Positions 47,683 to 59,400 of a stretch of 64,000 nt of DNA are shown here, piece after piece; position 1 is the first letter of the stretch; the number at the start of each line of letters is the position of its first letter. The notes under the pieces are model-generated. The model ran no database searches and had not been told where the DNA came from. It worked only from the letters and a program-made list of their open reading frames with translations. The translations under genes and the position numbers were made by a program. This DNA comes from Entomortierella parvispora E1425 (taxonomy: Eukaryota > Fungi > Mortierellomycota), in the NCBI GenBank assembly GCA_020891255.1, contig BQFW01000010.1:1426001-1490000 (forward strand), in the 5' to 3' direction.

Positions 47683-48584
47683 ATGAACAATTACCCATTT
47701 AATGGCCAGCTTAATGGCCAGTTTTCATTTCACAGCTTTGCTTCTTCGTCATCCCCCTTTCAGTTCAGTGGACAAGAAGCAGCCGTTCAGTCTTCAGGGT
47801 CACGGAAGCGAAAGTCAAGTTACGAAGACATTTCGCCCTTGTTCACAAAGACGCGGTCAGGAATCGGTCTTGAGGAAGAAATTGTTTATGGTGAGTGCTG
47901 TTCAAATACCAGCATTTTTTTTTTATTATTATTTTTTTTTATTTGAGAGCATGGAAACCTGTAAAGACTAAACAATCCTGATCTATGTTTTCGGGGGGGA
48001 AATATAGACCGCACCATAACCATGATGGCACAAGGACAGAGTCGATTCCTGGCTGAACAGAAACAAAAAGAACTCGAGGAACAGCAACAATTACGCTTAC
48101 AGCAGGAACAACTTCGACAACAGAAATATCAACAGAGTCAACAAAGGGAGAGTCAAGCAGACGCTATGAGACGTCTCTTTATGGTCGGCAAGAGAGCGCC
48201 TTTGCAGAACCAATACCCACCCTCCAACAACCCAGCACTGAATGGAACAGGACACACGTTTGCGGATTGTGCGGGCGAGATCAATGGCTGTGAAACAAAC
48301 AAGATCCCAGGCATGCGAGACCGTTACCAGGCCGCAATCACCCCATGCACGTTCTGTCAGAGACCTCAGTGCCAGTTCTGTATAGTGCAGTGTGCTTCTT
48401 GTCAAGAACCATCTTGTCGGGCGTGCTGCTTTGCCAGGTAACCACCATGTGAAAGATCAGAGCAGAACCAGTGACACTGGTTGTGGAGATAGAAAACAAA
48501 CAGACACTAATTCATCCGATATTTTGTTGAAATAGCTACGAAAAGTCCGAGGTCGAGTTCTTCTGCCAGGGATGCCGCGGATGA
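47683..48584 (+). CDS. Siva-like zinc-finger protein, 3 exons
   Basis: Exons 47683-47890, 48008-48437 and 48536-48584 are in phase. C-terminus PCTFCQRPQCQFCIVQCASCQEPSCRACCFASYEKSEVEFFCQGC has the CxxC-x4-CxxC-x3-CxxC-x4-CxxC...CxxC spacing of Siva; RKRK NLS-like motif and Q-rich helix. Confidence 0.7.
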
Positions 48585-48801
48585 TTCCGTCAAAGATCTT
48601 GAGTACCGTCCGCCAGATTGAAATAACACACGCTGTTTATATACCCCCATCTCGCCTCAATGAGAAAAAAGAATAAACTATTTTTCTCGGCATCACTGCA
48701 TCACAAAACACCAGTTTACTCTTATCCCATCAGAATTCACTGCTTCCTTCTGCTCACTCCTTACTGGACTCTTCACTCACGACTCTGTAGTTACCTCCAC
48801 C

Positions 48802-50774
48802 ATGATGCAGCAGAGAGCGCCTTCCTTCACCTATCACTCTCAGCAAAGTCTGAGCTTTGGTACACCCACGCAGAAGCTCCCCTCCGAGCAAGAGCAGCCT
48901 TTTGTCCCTTTTGTCCAGGATGACCATCCCAGTTTTGGTGGCGGCAGTCAGGTCATTTCCCAGAGTTGGATCAACGACACCTCCAGCGGATCGAGACAAC
49001 TGCACGAAACCAGACATCAAGCATATTCTCCTCCCCGTTCCGGACATCGGGGTCTAGTGCGTAATACTTCTTCATCGACTTCTTACTTCCCCCATGCCTC
49101 AGCAATAGCAGCAAATGGGAAGAGGACGGAATCGGGTTATGATGGTATGCCCACGCTCTCGACAGGTGGCCGAGCTCCGACAACTCCAAGCGAGCAAGAG
49201 GCTGACCTCGAGATGGGCTTGGCATCACAGTCTCAGAAGCAGCAACAACAGCAACAGCAGCAACAGCAGTGGCAACATCATGACCAGCGACAGCAGCGAC
49301 CTCAACAACAACAACAGCAGCAGCAGCAGCAAACAAATTCAGGGCATCAACTCAGAGATACGGCTGCTCAAGGCATGTCGACAGCCATGTTACATCCCTC
49401 TATTCCCTCGTACCTGCGACCTTATCTTTCCAAGAAGCCCATTGTTTCGAGCGCAAGCAATGTTTCACAAGGCATCCTTGACCAGGCCACTCAGGGACGG
49501 TCTGAGAAATACCCGTCCATGGCTTCGAGCCTGTTTTCTCAATCTCGAGAGATCCAGACTTTGCTGGACAAGATCACGATGCTGGATGGAACATTGGATG
49601 GATTCGACCGCAGGATGGTGGATTATCAACAGCGAATGACAGATGCCATGGTCACCAAGGACGACGCGATGTCAATGTTTGAATCCAAAGCGGGCGAAAA
49701 GGTCGTAGAAACTCTACAACGTCAAGGAACTGAAGTTCTATCACGCTTGAAAGAGCAGGCTGGAATGGCACAAGAGTTGCAAGGACAGCACCTTGAGGAG
49801 TGGAGCAAAAACTTGTTTGGCGAATTGGGGAAAATGACAACTCTGTGGCAGCAGCAAGCTGGAAAGCTTCAAGAGATCCAAGGAGAGTGGAAAGGAGAAC
49901 TTTGGAGATGGAAGACGCAAGTCCAGGAGGAGCTTGCCTCGGAAATGAATTCACTGAGATCTGCCATCGCGCTGCAATCTCATATGTTGACTATGATATC
50001 GGAGGTGAGTTTCACATGGCCGTGTTATGGACAAATAAGAAGGCCCTCCCGCTATATGGGTCATCGAGTGAACTGACCTGTTGTTATATATCTTAGCAAA
50101 ACCGTCGAATTCTTGAGGAGCGCCATCAGATGATGACGACACCAAATATTGAAAGCGACAACAACATTCAACAAAAGCCTGGCGTTCCTGGTGGCAGCAC
50201 TTGTGTTGGCGCAGTTTACAATTCGCAAGATCCGGGAGGGTATATCATGATAAGCGACCCTGTTATTGATACCATTTTTCATCCGCAGCGACCTACGAAG
50301 AAATCCATTGCACAAAAAGAGTCTGGTGCCAGTAGTCAAAGGGGAGAACGTGCGAAAGGAAAAGGCCGGGCTCAGGGCGTTGGTAGTGGTAATGGTCGTG
50401 GTCGAGGTCGCCCTCCTGGAAAAGCTCGCCGGGCCGAGTTAGATGCTCAACTGGCCTCTCGTATTGACCCTAGTGATGAAAGAGTGGATCATCCTTCTAG
50501 TGCACTGGAGCGCAATTCGTCTAAAGATCAAGATATCGCCATACAGAGTGGTCAGACACAAGTCAAAGCTGCCTCACACAAGGAAATCTCTGATGATCCA
50601 CAACAAAGAGCCGGAGGCGTTGAGCGACCTCGTAGAGTGGTATTTGCTGATCAACCCCAGCTTGAGGACCATATCTCCCTCAGCCTTCCGGTCATGACAA
50701 GGTCGAGGCGTGTAAGTTTGTGTATGATGGTTGAGATTGTACCACAGACCTTGTTTTTCCAGACTCGTCACTGA
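48802..50774 (+). CDS. Hypothetical protein: S/Q-rich N-terminus, central coiled coil, basic C-terminus
   Basis: Long exon 48802-50004, intron GTGAGT..TAG (50005-50096), in-frame exon from 50097. Poly-Q tracts, a heptad region, and a GRGRGRPPGK AT-hook-like motif. The 3' end is uncertain (possible donor at 50712). Confidence 0.65.
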
Positions 50775-51113
50775 ACGTACACTTTTTTATTTCCTGTGAA
50801 CCCAACATGTATTAGCGAGAATATGATCTTCAAGCACCGTTCATGGATCTGGATCATCGTGAACGACCTCGACACGCGAACAGTGTCGGATAATCTTTCG
50901 TTCCCTGCAAGATGGATGCAGCATGCATCACGTGGCTGACAGGCGCGTTTTCTCGCGTATGGCCCCCTTGGACCCAAAAAAAATAAAATAAAAAGACAGA
51001 GAGCAATGTACTGTATCTCTTTTTCCTCATCGCCACCTCACATTTCACCTTCACTGCAGCTCATTCAACCCACATCCACAACTACATTGACTATACCCAG
51101 CACTTTAATAGCA

Positions 51114-53406
51114 ATGACACCCTTCAATGTTCCCCTCGCGGTCATGACCGATTCGTACAAGATTACACATCCATTCATTTATCCCAAGGCTCGAAGAATG
51201 GTTGCCTACGCCGAAATGCGCCAGGCCTACGACAAGGACCCCAATGACAATCGCATTGTCTTCTACGGAATCCGCTACATGTAATGGAACATTTGGCGTG
51301 AGAACAATCACGCATGCGTACCTGTAATGCTGCTACTGCTGAAGAGAGATGGACCCTGATACCTTCTATTTTTGGATTCTTAATCGTACCCTGCCGTAAC
51401 GCTGCAGCATCGAGAACTACGTTGCTAAGAAGTGGACTATGCGCGACATTGCTCAGGCCGAGATCTTTTTCTCGACTCATAACGCTGGATTCACGGCCTT
51501 TCCCTTCCCAAAGGATCTCTTCATCAAGGTAACAAAAGATGACAAGACTGCTGGCCATGTGGATTGTTGATGACTCTGGCAGAGTCAATTTTTGTTTTAC
51601 CATCAAATCACTGACTGCGCGACAACCCGACCTTCTAGATTGTTAATGAGCACGATGGATATTTCCCTGTCAAGATTGAGGCTCTCCCGGAAGGAACTGC
51701 CTGTCACTCCCATGTTCCTGCCTATCAGATCATTGCCGAAGGAGAAATGAGTCGGCTGGTGACCTTTTTGGAAACATTGCTGACAATGATCTGGGTATGT
51801 GCACAAAGGTCTGGCTGGCTTAGGCCGCTTTCGTGGAGGCAGTGCTTTGAGGAGTGTCGACTCAGAATGGACAAATGCGTCCACAAGATTATTTTTTTGA
51901 ATGCACAAGAACGCCACATCCTTAAACCCAAAAGTTTTTTTTTTGCCTCAATTTGATTCTAGTACCCCATCACCGTCGCCACTTTGTCCCGTCGGTCTCG
52001 CGATCTCATCCAAGCAGGATATGAGAAGAGTGTTGACGCAGATGGATTTTGGTCCTTGGATAGCCGTCTCCACGACTTTGGATTCCGTGGATGCACCTGC
52101 CCAGAGCAATCTGTGATCGGAGGCACTGCCCACTTGGTAAGTCGGTCGTTTTTCTTTTCTGATTTCAGGAGTTGACAAACCCTTTTGGATAGTCCTTGAG
52201 GTAATGCCGAGGAGTGGCTAACACTCCGCGTGCTCCTGCATTCTCTCTTGTAGTTGAACTTTACTGGAACGGACACCATGAGCGCCGCATTCTACGCTCA
52301 GTTCCAGCTGAACGGAGGCAAGCCTGTCGGTAACTCGATCCCTGCAAGCGAGCACTCAGTCATGACTGCCTTTAGAACCGAGAAAGAGGCCATGGAGGCC
52401 ATGATTTCAAAGTTTGGCGAAGGCGTGTTTGCCTGTGTTATGGACTCGTACGATTACCAGCGAGCCCTTGACTCTGTCCTCCCCTCGGTGGCGAGCTTCA
52501 AGTTGGAGAAGGGTGGATTCCTAGTCCTTCGACCAGACAGTGGCGATATTGTCGAGTCTGTCCTTATGGGACTTCGGTAACAAAACATCACTTGATTGCT
52601 CCAGTTGAAAATTTTTGTACGACCTTCTCAAGACTCATTATTGCAACAATTGTATCTTGCTCCTGATAGTGCCGCCGAAAAGGTCTTTGGCTGTGACATC
52701 AACAAGAAGGGATACAAGGTTATTCGTGGATGTGGCGTTATCCAGGGAGATGGTGTCAGCTTCAAGACCCTTGGTCAAATCATTGATGCTGTCCTCGCGG
52801 CTGGATACTCGGCTCAAAACTGCGCTTTTGGCATGGGAGGAGGTCTGCTTCAAAAGCTCAACCGTGATACTCTTTCCTTCGCAACCAAACTGTGCCACAT
52901 TGTGTACGAGGATGGAACTACCCGGGATGTCATGAAGCACCCCAAGACAGACTCTGACAAGATCAGTCTTCCTGGAGTTTTGGATGTTGTCCGCAATGAG
53001 CAAGGAGTAAGTGGGCTGACCCAGGCTAGAAGCTTCTAGCCTGCGTTTAGGATTGACTGAAGCATCCTCAATCTCTTCACTAACGATTTGCCCTACATGG
53101 TACTCGAATTAGATTCCCATGGTATACCCTCGCGCTGCTGATGGCGTCCCACGAAAGGGCAACCTTTTGCAGGTTGTCTATGACCACGGAAAGATTCCTG
53201 CAGACGTTACAGCACACGAGGACTTTGTCGTCTCGGGAGATAGACAGACTCTCTCGGGTGAAGGTGCCCTGAAATCCTGGCCCTTGTACTCGGACATCAG
53301 GGAGCGTGTGAAGGCTGAGTGGGAGAGTCTGCCAAAGGTCTTTGACCCAATCTCGAAAGAATTGAGGATCAGGATCCAGGAAGTTTTGGCAGCCGGAGAG
53401 CCATAA
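51114..53406 (+). CDS. NAMPT: Nicotinamide phosphoribosyltransferase (NAMPT/NadV-like), multi-exon
   Basis: MTDSYKITH..YP; VFYGIRY; GYFPVKIEALPEG; LETLLTMIWYPITVATLS; LHDFGFRG; GGTAHLLNFTGTDT; SIPASEHS; VMDSYD; LRPDSGD; VIQGDG; FGMGGGLLQKLNRDT. These NAMPT motifs are distinct from Npt1-type NAPRT. Confidence 0.92.
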
Positions 53407-56400
53407 ACAAGAAGTAGCCTTTGCGATGTCCCGGGGCCTTCCGGGGCCAAAGAACTCTTAGCAAAAGCTATTGGGGAAACCCACAGGGTCAAAAATAAAA
53501 CTGAGACTTTGATATTTCAGTTTTTTTAAGGATGGGCAATTGTGGACAGAGCCGCGAAACTTTCAACTTGTGCGACAATTCAGTAGCTCGGGACATCGTC
53601 GCGTTTGATAGTGACCTGCAAGAGAGTTCTCGCGTGGACGTGGAGCGGGATGTGAGAGCCCTTTCATGCAAAAAAGTATTGCCGCTGGACTTTTGGAGAT
53701 CAGCAGACAGCAACTACTGAAATTACGAGGATACCTCTACTCCCAAATTGCGCCTCTAGTTTTGTGCATGACCCATTACTTCAGCTCTCTGAAGGTATCT
53801 GTCCGTCTTTAGACCAAATGTGTTCTTGATCTGGTGGAGCGGTCCAGAACAATCCTCAACGCCCATGGATGGCTGCACGGGGCAGGTTTTGGATCCAGTA
53901 AACCCATGTGTGGCGCTGGGTTACGAAGAATCGCAGCCTGTGATTCGAGTGGATCGGTCAGCACAAAAGGGACCCACTTTTCTCACCAGGGACGGGCCTG
54001 GCGCTCATTTGATCTCTTCACGGGGGCCTTCCACTGAGGAAGAAAGAGATTCGCCCAGTCAAAGATCTATGGCCTCTCCGATTCGATGTGTTCTTCACAC
54101 GCTGCCGGAAAACCTTCCCCGCATTTTTCATTTTTTTTTTAAATTTTTTTTTGCTCTGCTGACATCCATCTCAGCGGAAGGTTTCGCTAGTCGCCAAGCG
54201 AGATTAGAGGAGAGGGTAGGGAAAAAAAAGAGAGTTTTGAACCTTGGTCAAGAAGTCCATTGGTCCTTTTTTTTATTTTTTTTTGAGGAGGTCCATCCAG
54301 AAGAGAGTTCTTCATAAAGACAACTTTATTGTACACATGCGCAAAGAGATCGTCGCCTTTCGGACAGTTGCATCTTGATGATGAATAATTTTACCGTTCG
54401 CGTTGGCTGCCAGTTCTTTTAGTCTTGGATTTTTTTTTTTTTTTTTTTGCTCACAAAGGACCTCTGCCGTTTGACTCGTCCGTCGAGGTCTGAGGTCTGA
54501 GAGGGCGTGTGTTTGTGTGTGTGCGTGTGAGGGATGAATGAAGGCACCTTTGGGCTTATACGAGCCCTCATTTGCCCCCCAACTCACCTCAAGGTTGGAG
54601 CGAAATATCAAGTAGGCAAGGAGAAATTACCTTGACCATGGTGGGGTCTTGTTGGCCCTGTTAAGGCCGTGAACGAACACAAGGTGCACAGCACAAAAAA
54701 TGAGGACCTCTTTTTTTTTGTGCGACTCCAGATTTCTCTGTTCAACGGATCGCGAGCAATTGGGGGCCCAGAATGTGGGGGAGGGGGTGAGCAAATGGGA
54801 AGAGAGATGGAGAGAAGGGTGGGGTATCTACCTGAAGGGTAAGGAATCTGTATTCTTCTTTGTTTCTTTACTTCATATCTCGATAAAGGACTGAAGGGTT
54901 GATGAAGGAAGAGGAGGCAGCTCAAGCAGCGCAGCTCTTCAGGCAGCTCTAGCAGCTCTTCTCGCGTGTGCACACATGGCAATTTATCCGCCTGTTGTCC
55001 TAAACGTCGAAAGGTACGAGATAAAGTACAGTATGCAAGTGAGTGAGAAAAAGCCCTTGATCTGGCTACTGTCCCTGAGCCCTGAGTTTCAAGATCAGAG
55101 CAGGACAGGGAACAAACAGAAAAAGAGTTGACGGAACTAAGCTAAAGAGCATGCAGAAGATAGTTTCAGTTAACAACGAAATAGGATTGATGCAAGAAAC
55201 CGGATTGCAAATCTTGAGAGCTGGAGCCAGGTACCTTTGCTGTCGTTGATCAACTCTCTTTTTCTTTTTCGCAGTTGGGTTGGGGGGACCTTTTGCCACT
55301 CAAAACGCCGAGCGGAGGTCTCTCCACTTTTTTTTGACGTGTGCTGTTGGACCACTCGCATGCCAGCACTCTTTTGACCTGTAAAATAACGGTTGGGAGG
55401 GTGGAGTAGGGACTCTCAATCACCCACTGATGATGAGCTCCGAGATCTTTTATTTCCCTTTATTCTAATTAGCTGATGAGGGGACGACAGAGAGACCGAG
55501 AGCCTGGCCCTGGACTATCCTCCTTGTGTTGCTCTTCTTTTTCCTTCTCTTTTCCCTCGAGGCTACGCAAGGGTCGAATGAGAGAAGGGGGAAAAGGCTC
55601 ACCTGTCGTTCTCCCCACCTCCCCGTCTGTCCCCCTCACTCGATCGCTGCGCTCGCCTCTTTTGCCATGTGCTCCTCACTTGTTGACGTGCATGACAAGG
55701 CATGGGCCGCACAGCAGTCCAAACATTGCAAACAACGCATGCACCTCAACCTTGTCCTGAAATCTTGAACCCGAAAAAGACAACAGAAAAAAAAAACTCG
55801 CATTGATTTGGTCATTATCTCTGCATCCAGATCTAGACCGAAAGAGCTGCACGTCCAACAGGTGAAATAAAAATTTAGTCAAATTGGCAATAGACCCAAG
55901 AAATGAGGCAGGGAACTGGGGGGGGGGGCAGTCTGGTTCTTTCACCTGCTTCTTTTTTTTCCACATTTTTGCTTTACGCCCGCTCTTGGAATTGGAGAGG
56001 GAGGGACCCACGACATGGGCGCCCTTGGGGGATGTCAATTGAACCAGCTATTGGGTAAATTGGCTCTGTGTGCTCCCCCATTCTTGGGTGCTTTAAGCTT
56101 GGGGATGACAAAGTGCCGATTTGCTCGTTACGTTTGTCAGATCCCTCCATGGTCGCACAGAACAAAAACGGTCCCACCAAAGGCGACAAAAAAGATACAC
56201 AGAGTGGTGAGAAACGTACAATTCAAAAAAAATCGCTGAGCAATGTTGAAAAAGGCGACTGTGTCCAAACGAAAAAAGCGGACGAGTTGAACATCGACTT
56301 TTTGACCATACTTCAGCCTTGGCAAAGTCAAGAGCTCATTCTTTGAGCCCTCTCTTGCATTGTACTTCGTTCTTGACTCTCATATGCTGAGAGCTGGAGA

Positions 56401-59400
56401 GAAAGAGAGAAAGAGAGAAAGGGAGGCGAGGGGGCGGTAGGTCAGAGGATAGCCGAACGCTGCTGACTTTTTTTTTCTTCTTTCTTTCTCGGCTCTTTTG
56501 ACACTCGCACGCTCCTGATCCTCCTCTCAAATCCCTCACAACCCTCTGCTGACTTAGACGCGCAGCGAGATGACAACAACAAAAGAGAGCTGTTCGGAAA
56601 AAGTCCAGGGACCGAAAAGCGGGTGGGAGGGAAGAAGAGGATGAAGCTGGATTATTTTTTTTTTGCTCCGAGCTAGCAGCTCCAGCTCTCACACACCACT
56701 CAATCCATCGAGACATCCATATCTCCACGTTCCTTATTGTTTTTGTTATGGTTGTTGTTGCTAATGTTTCTTTTTTGTTTCTCTTCTGAGCACCATGGCG
56801 CCTCTCTTCAATGCATACTTTACGACTTTACGAGGTGTAGTGAGACCATCAGTGAAGAAGAGATGAGAGGAGGTCTAGCCCTACAACCAAGACGTCTGTT
56901 GACCTGCCTGGCGCCACACCACACCCACTCATGAGCTGGGTGACCATCGTGATCTCGTTGTTTCCCCGCGGAAGAATGCGGTGAACATCTATAAAAATAA
57001 AAAAAGAAAGGTACAAAGCATTGCATTGCAGTGGATATACATTTGCTGGTGTTACACGCGCTAGTCGCCTCCAGCGGATCTTCAAGACTTTTTTTTTTTC
57101 TTTTTTTTTGTATCCCCTGGAACTACGAGAAGGTCATCTGGTGTTCTTGACTTGAACTTGATAGGAACTTCTCGTTGGTCTGCCCATTGTTACCCACGGC
57201 CACGCCCTCATTTCGGAACACCGGCGCCATGTTTTTGCACTCTCCTTTTTGCCCATTCCCCCCGAAACTGATGTCTTTTTTCGGTTGCCTCCACTGAGAA
57301 AAGACGAACATGGTGGTACAACAGCTGCCATTTGTCTGTCTCTCTTTACTTTTGGAGAATACAATCGTAGTCCTAAACCATTGTCTTCCGTTCGTCCAAG
57401 ACAAAAACCATTTGTCCAGTCCCCCCCCCCCCTTCACTTTGTCTCCATCTCGTTGAGTGGTAGAGGATGGGTTTCTTTTTTGATCGCCCGCGTTTTTTTT
57501 TATAACCAAGGACCAAGGGTTCTCCAACTCCTTTGTTCATTCGTTTTTCCGATCCTGTGCCTGTGATAATCTCTTCCTTATCCCGTCATTCTGAATGGAT
57601 CAAAACATCCATCAAATGAAAACCGACCGTTTGCGCCTGCTGTTCAAATTGAGACCTGACCAGTCCTTCTTTGCTCCGGTTTCATCGATTGTTTTTAGGA
57701 TAATTGATTCCACGCTATTGGATTTTTTTTTTTTTTTTTTGAGTCTCAACCCCAGGTTCCCCGATGAAGTTGGATTCAACTCAAAGGAAAAAAGCGTTTG
57801 GTGCCTGTCACCCTCTGGTCCTGGATCAATTAACTCTATTGCCACAAGGAGAATAACTCAATGGGGAAGCGTCTAGAGAGTTTATCCAGGGATCAAGATG
57901 GCCATTTGCATGCCTCCCCGGGCGGGGGAAGGATAGGAGACCAAGTTAGGGAAGAGTAAAGGGGGGGTGAAGAGGATTGTTAAAAAAGGCCAAAGGAAAA
58001 CAAATATGGGATTCATCTACCGACTCTTCCACTGTTTCTTGTTGTCCTTTTCTACCTCACTTAAACAAGGTAGGTTAACTTGGGACCTTTGAGGAGGCGC
58101 TGGGATAGTCATAGTTTTCTCTTCCCGTTGGGCTATGCTGGAGAGTTACGTTCCTTGCTGGCGCCCCCTCCCCCCCCCCCCACCCAAGGATCGGAGGTTG
58201 GAAAATCCTCGAATTGTCGATTGGGCCTAGAAGAGCTCTTTTGGACGGTTGTTTTTGCGGCATACAAGAGGGATCGACAGTGGAGTCTAAACCCCTCCAG
58301 GGCAGCTGTTGTAAAAAGGACTGAGCACTTTTGGATGGGCACCCTCAAAAACACCGATTGTGTTGCGCTGAGTGAGCTCATTTTGACAATAACAAAAAAA
58401 AAAAAAAGGTATACTTTTCTCGGTACCGTTTCTCATCTTTCTCATCCTGTCAAAGAAGCTGCTGGTCTCCTCTTTTTGTCTTGAACAAGGAAGAACCAGA
58501 AGGGTTGATCTCTCTTCTTTGTTTTTTGTCATGAACGTGGCTCCGATCTTTAAAAGTCCCTCACCAGTTTTTTTTTTTTTTTTTACCAGGAGGTGACCAG
58601 AAGGGTTGATCATTTTTTTTTCGTTGACGGACAAAGTCCAGCCCTACTAGAGTACATGTAGCCCCATTATTTTCCCATGAGGTGAAAAAAAAAAAAAAAA
58701 AAAGAGAGATGCCCGCCCGGTTCTGACTCTTTTTTGTTTGTGGTATCCCTGCAAAAGTAAAAGCGATGAATCACCCCGTCTAGCAAGAACCAGACAAAAA
58801 CGCATTTCTAGGATAAATTCTCCGAATAGTGAAGAGGAAAGAGAGTGACTGTATTCACGTGGAGGTGAAGGGAAGGGGAGAGTAAAGGAAGCAGGGGTTT
58901 CCGACGCGTCTCTGTTCACACCTAGAATTTTTCGATCTATGGAGACTTTCTTTCCTCCTTGTCAGGAAAGAGCAGATCGGGCCAGTGCTGGGTCTTTTCA
59001 GGAGGGACATGGAGCTGCGGGATCCAGAACCATGGTCCTTTTAGCTCGTCGACATAAAACGCAGCACCCACGTCCCTTTTCTCCTAGTCCGGAAACGAAA
59101 AAAGGTGGCGAGAGAGAGAGAGCAGGCAGTTCGCTCTCTCGCTCGACGCCCTTCCTACCTTCTAGGCCCATTCGCTTCGTCTAGCGACTGCCATGCGGGG
59201 GATGGGCAGGCGGTTCTAAAATGACAAACCAAAAAAAAAAAAAAGAGACAAAGAAATGAAAAAGCAATCGGGGGCATTGGCCTTCCTTTACGTCAAAAGA
59301 AAAAAGAGCCGATGGTGTGCAGATTGGCTCATCTGACGTCCTGGAGGGTGGGCCCCCTGACCAGAACAGCTGAGTGGACCAAAATAAGGGAAGGGGCAAG

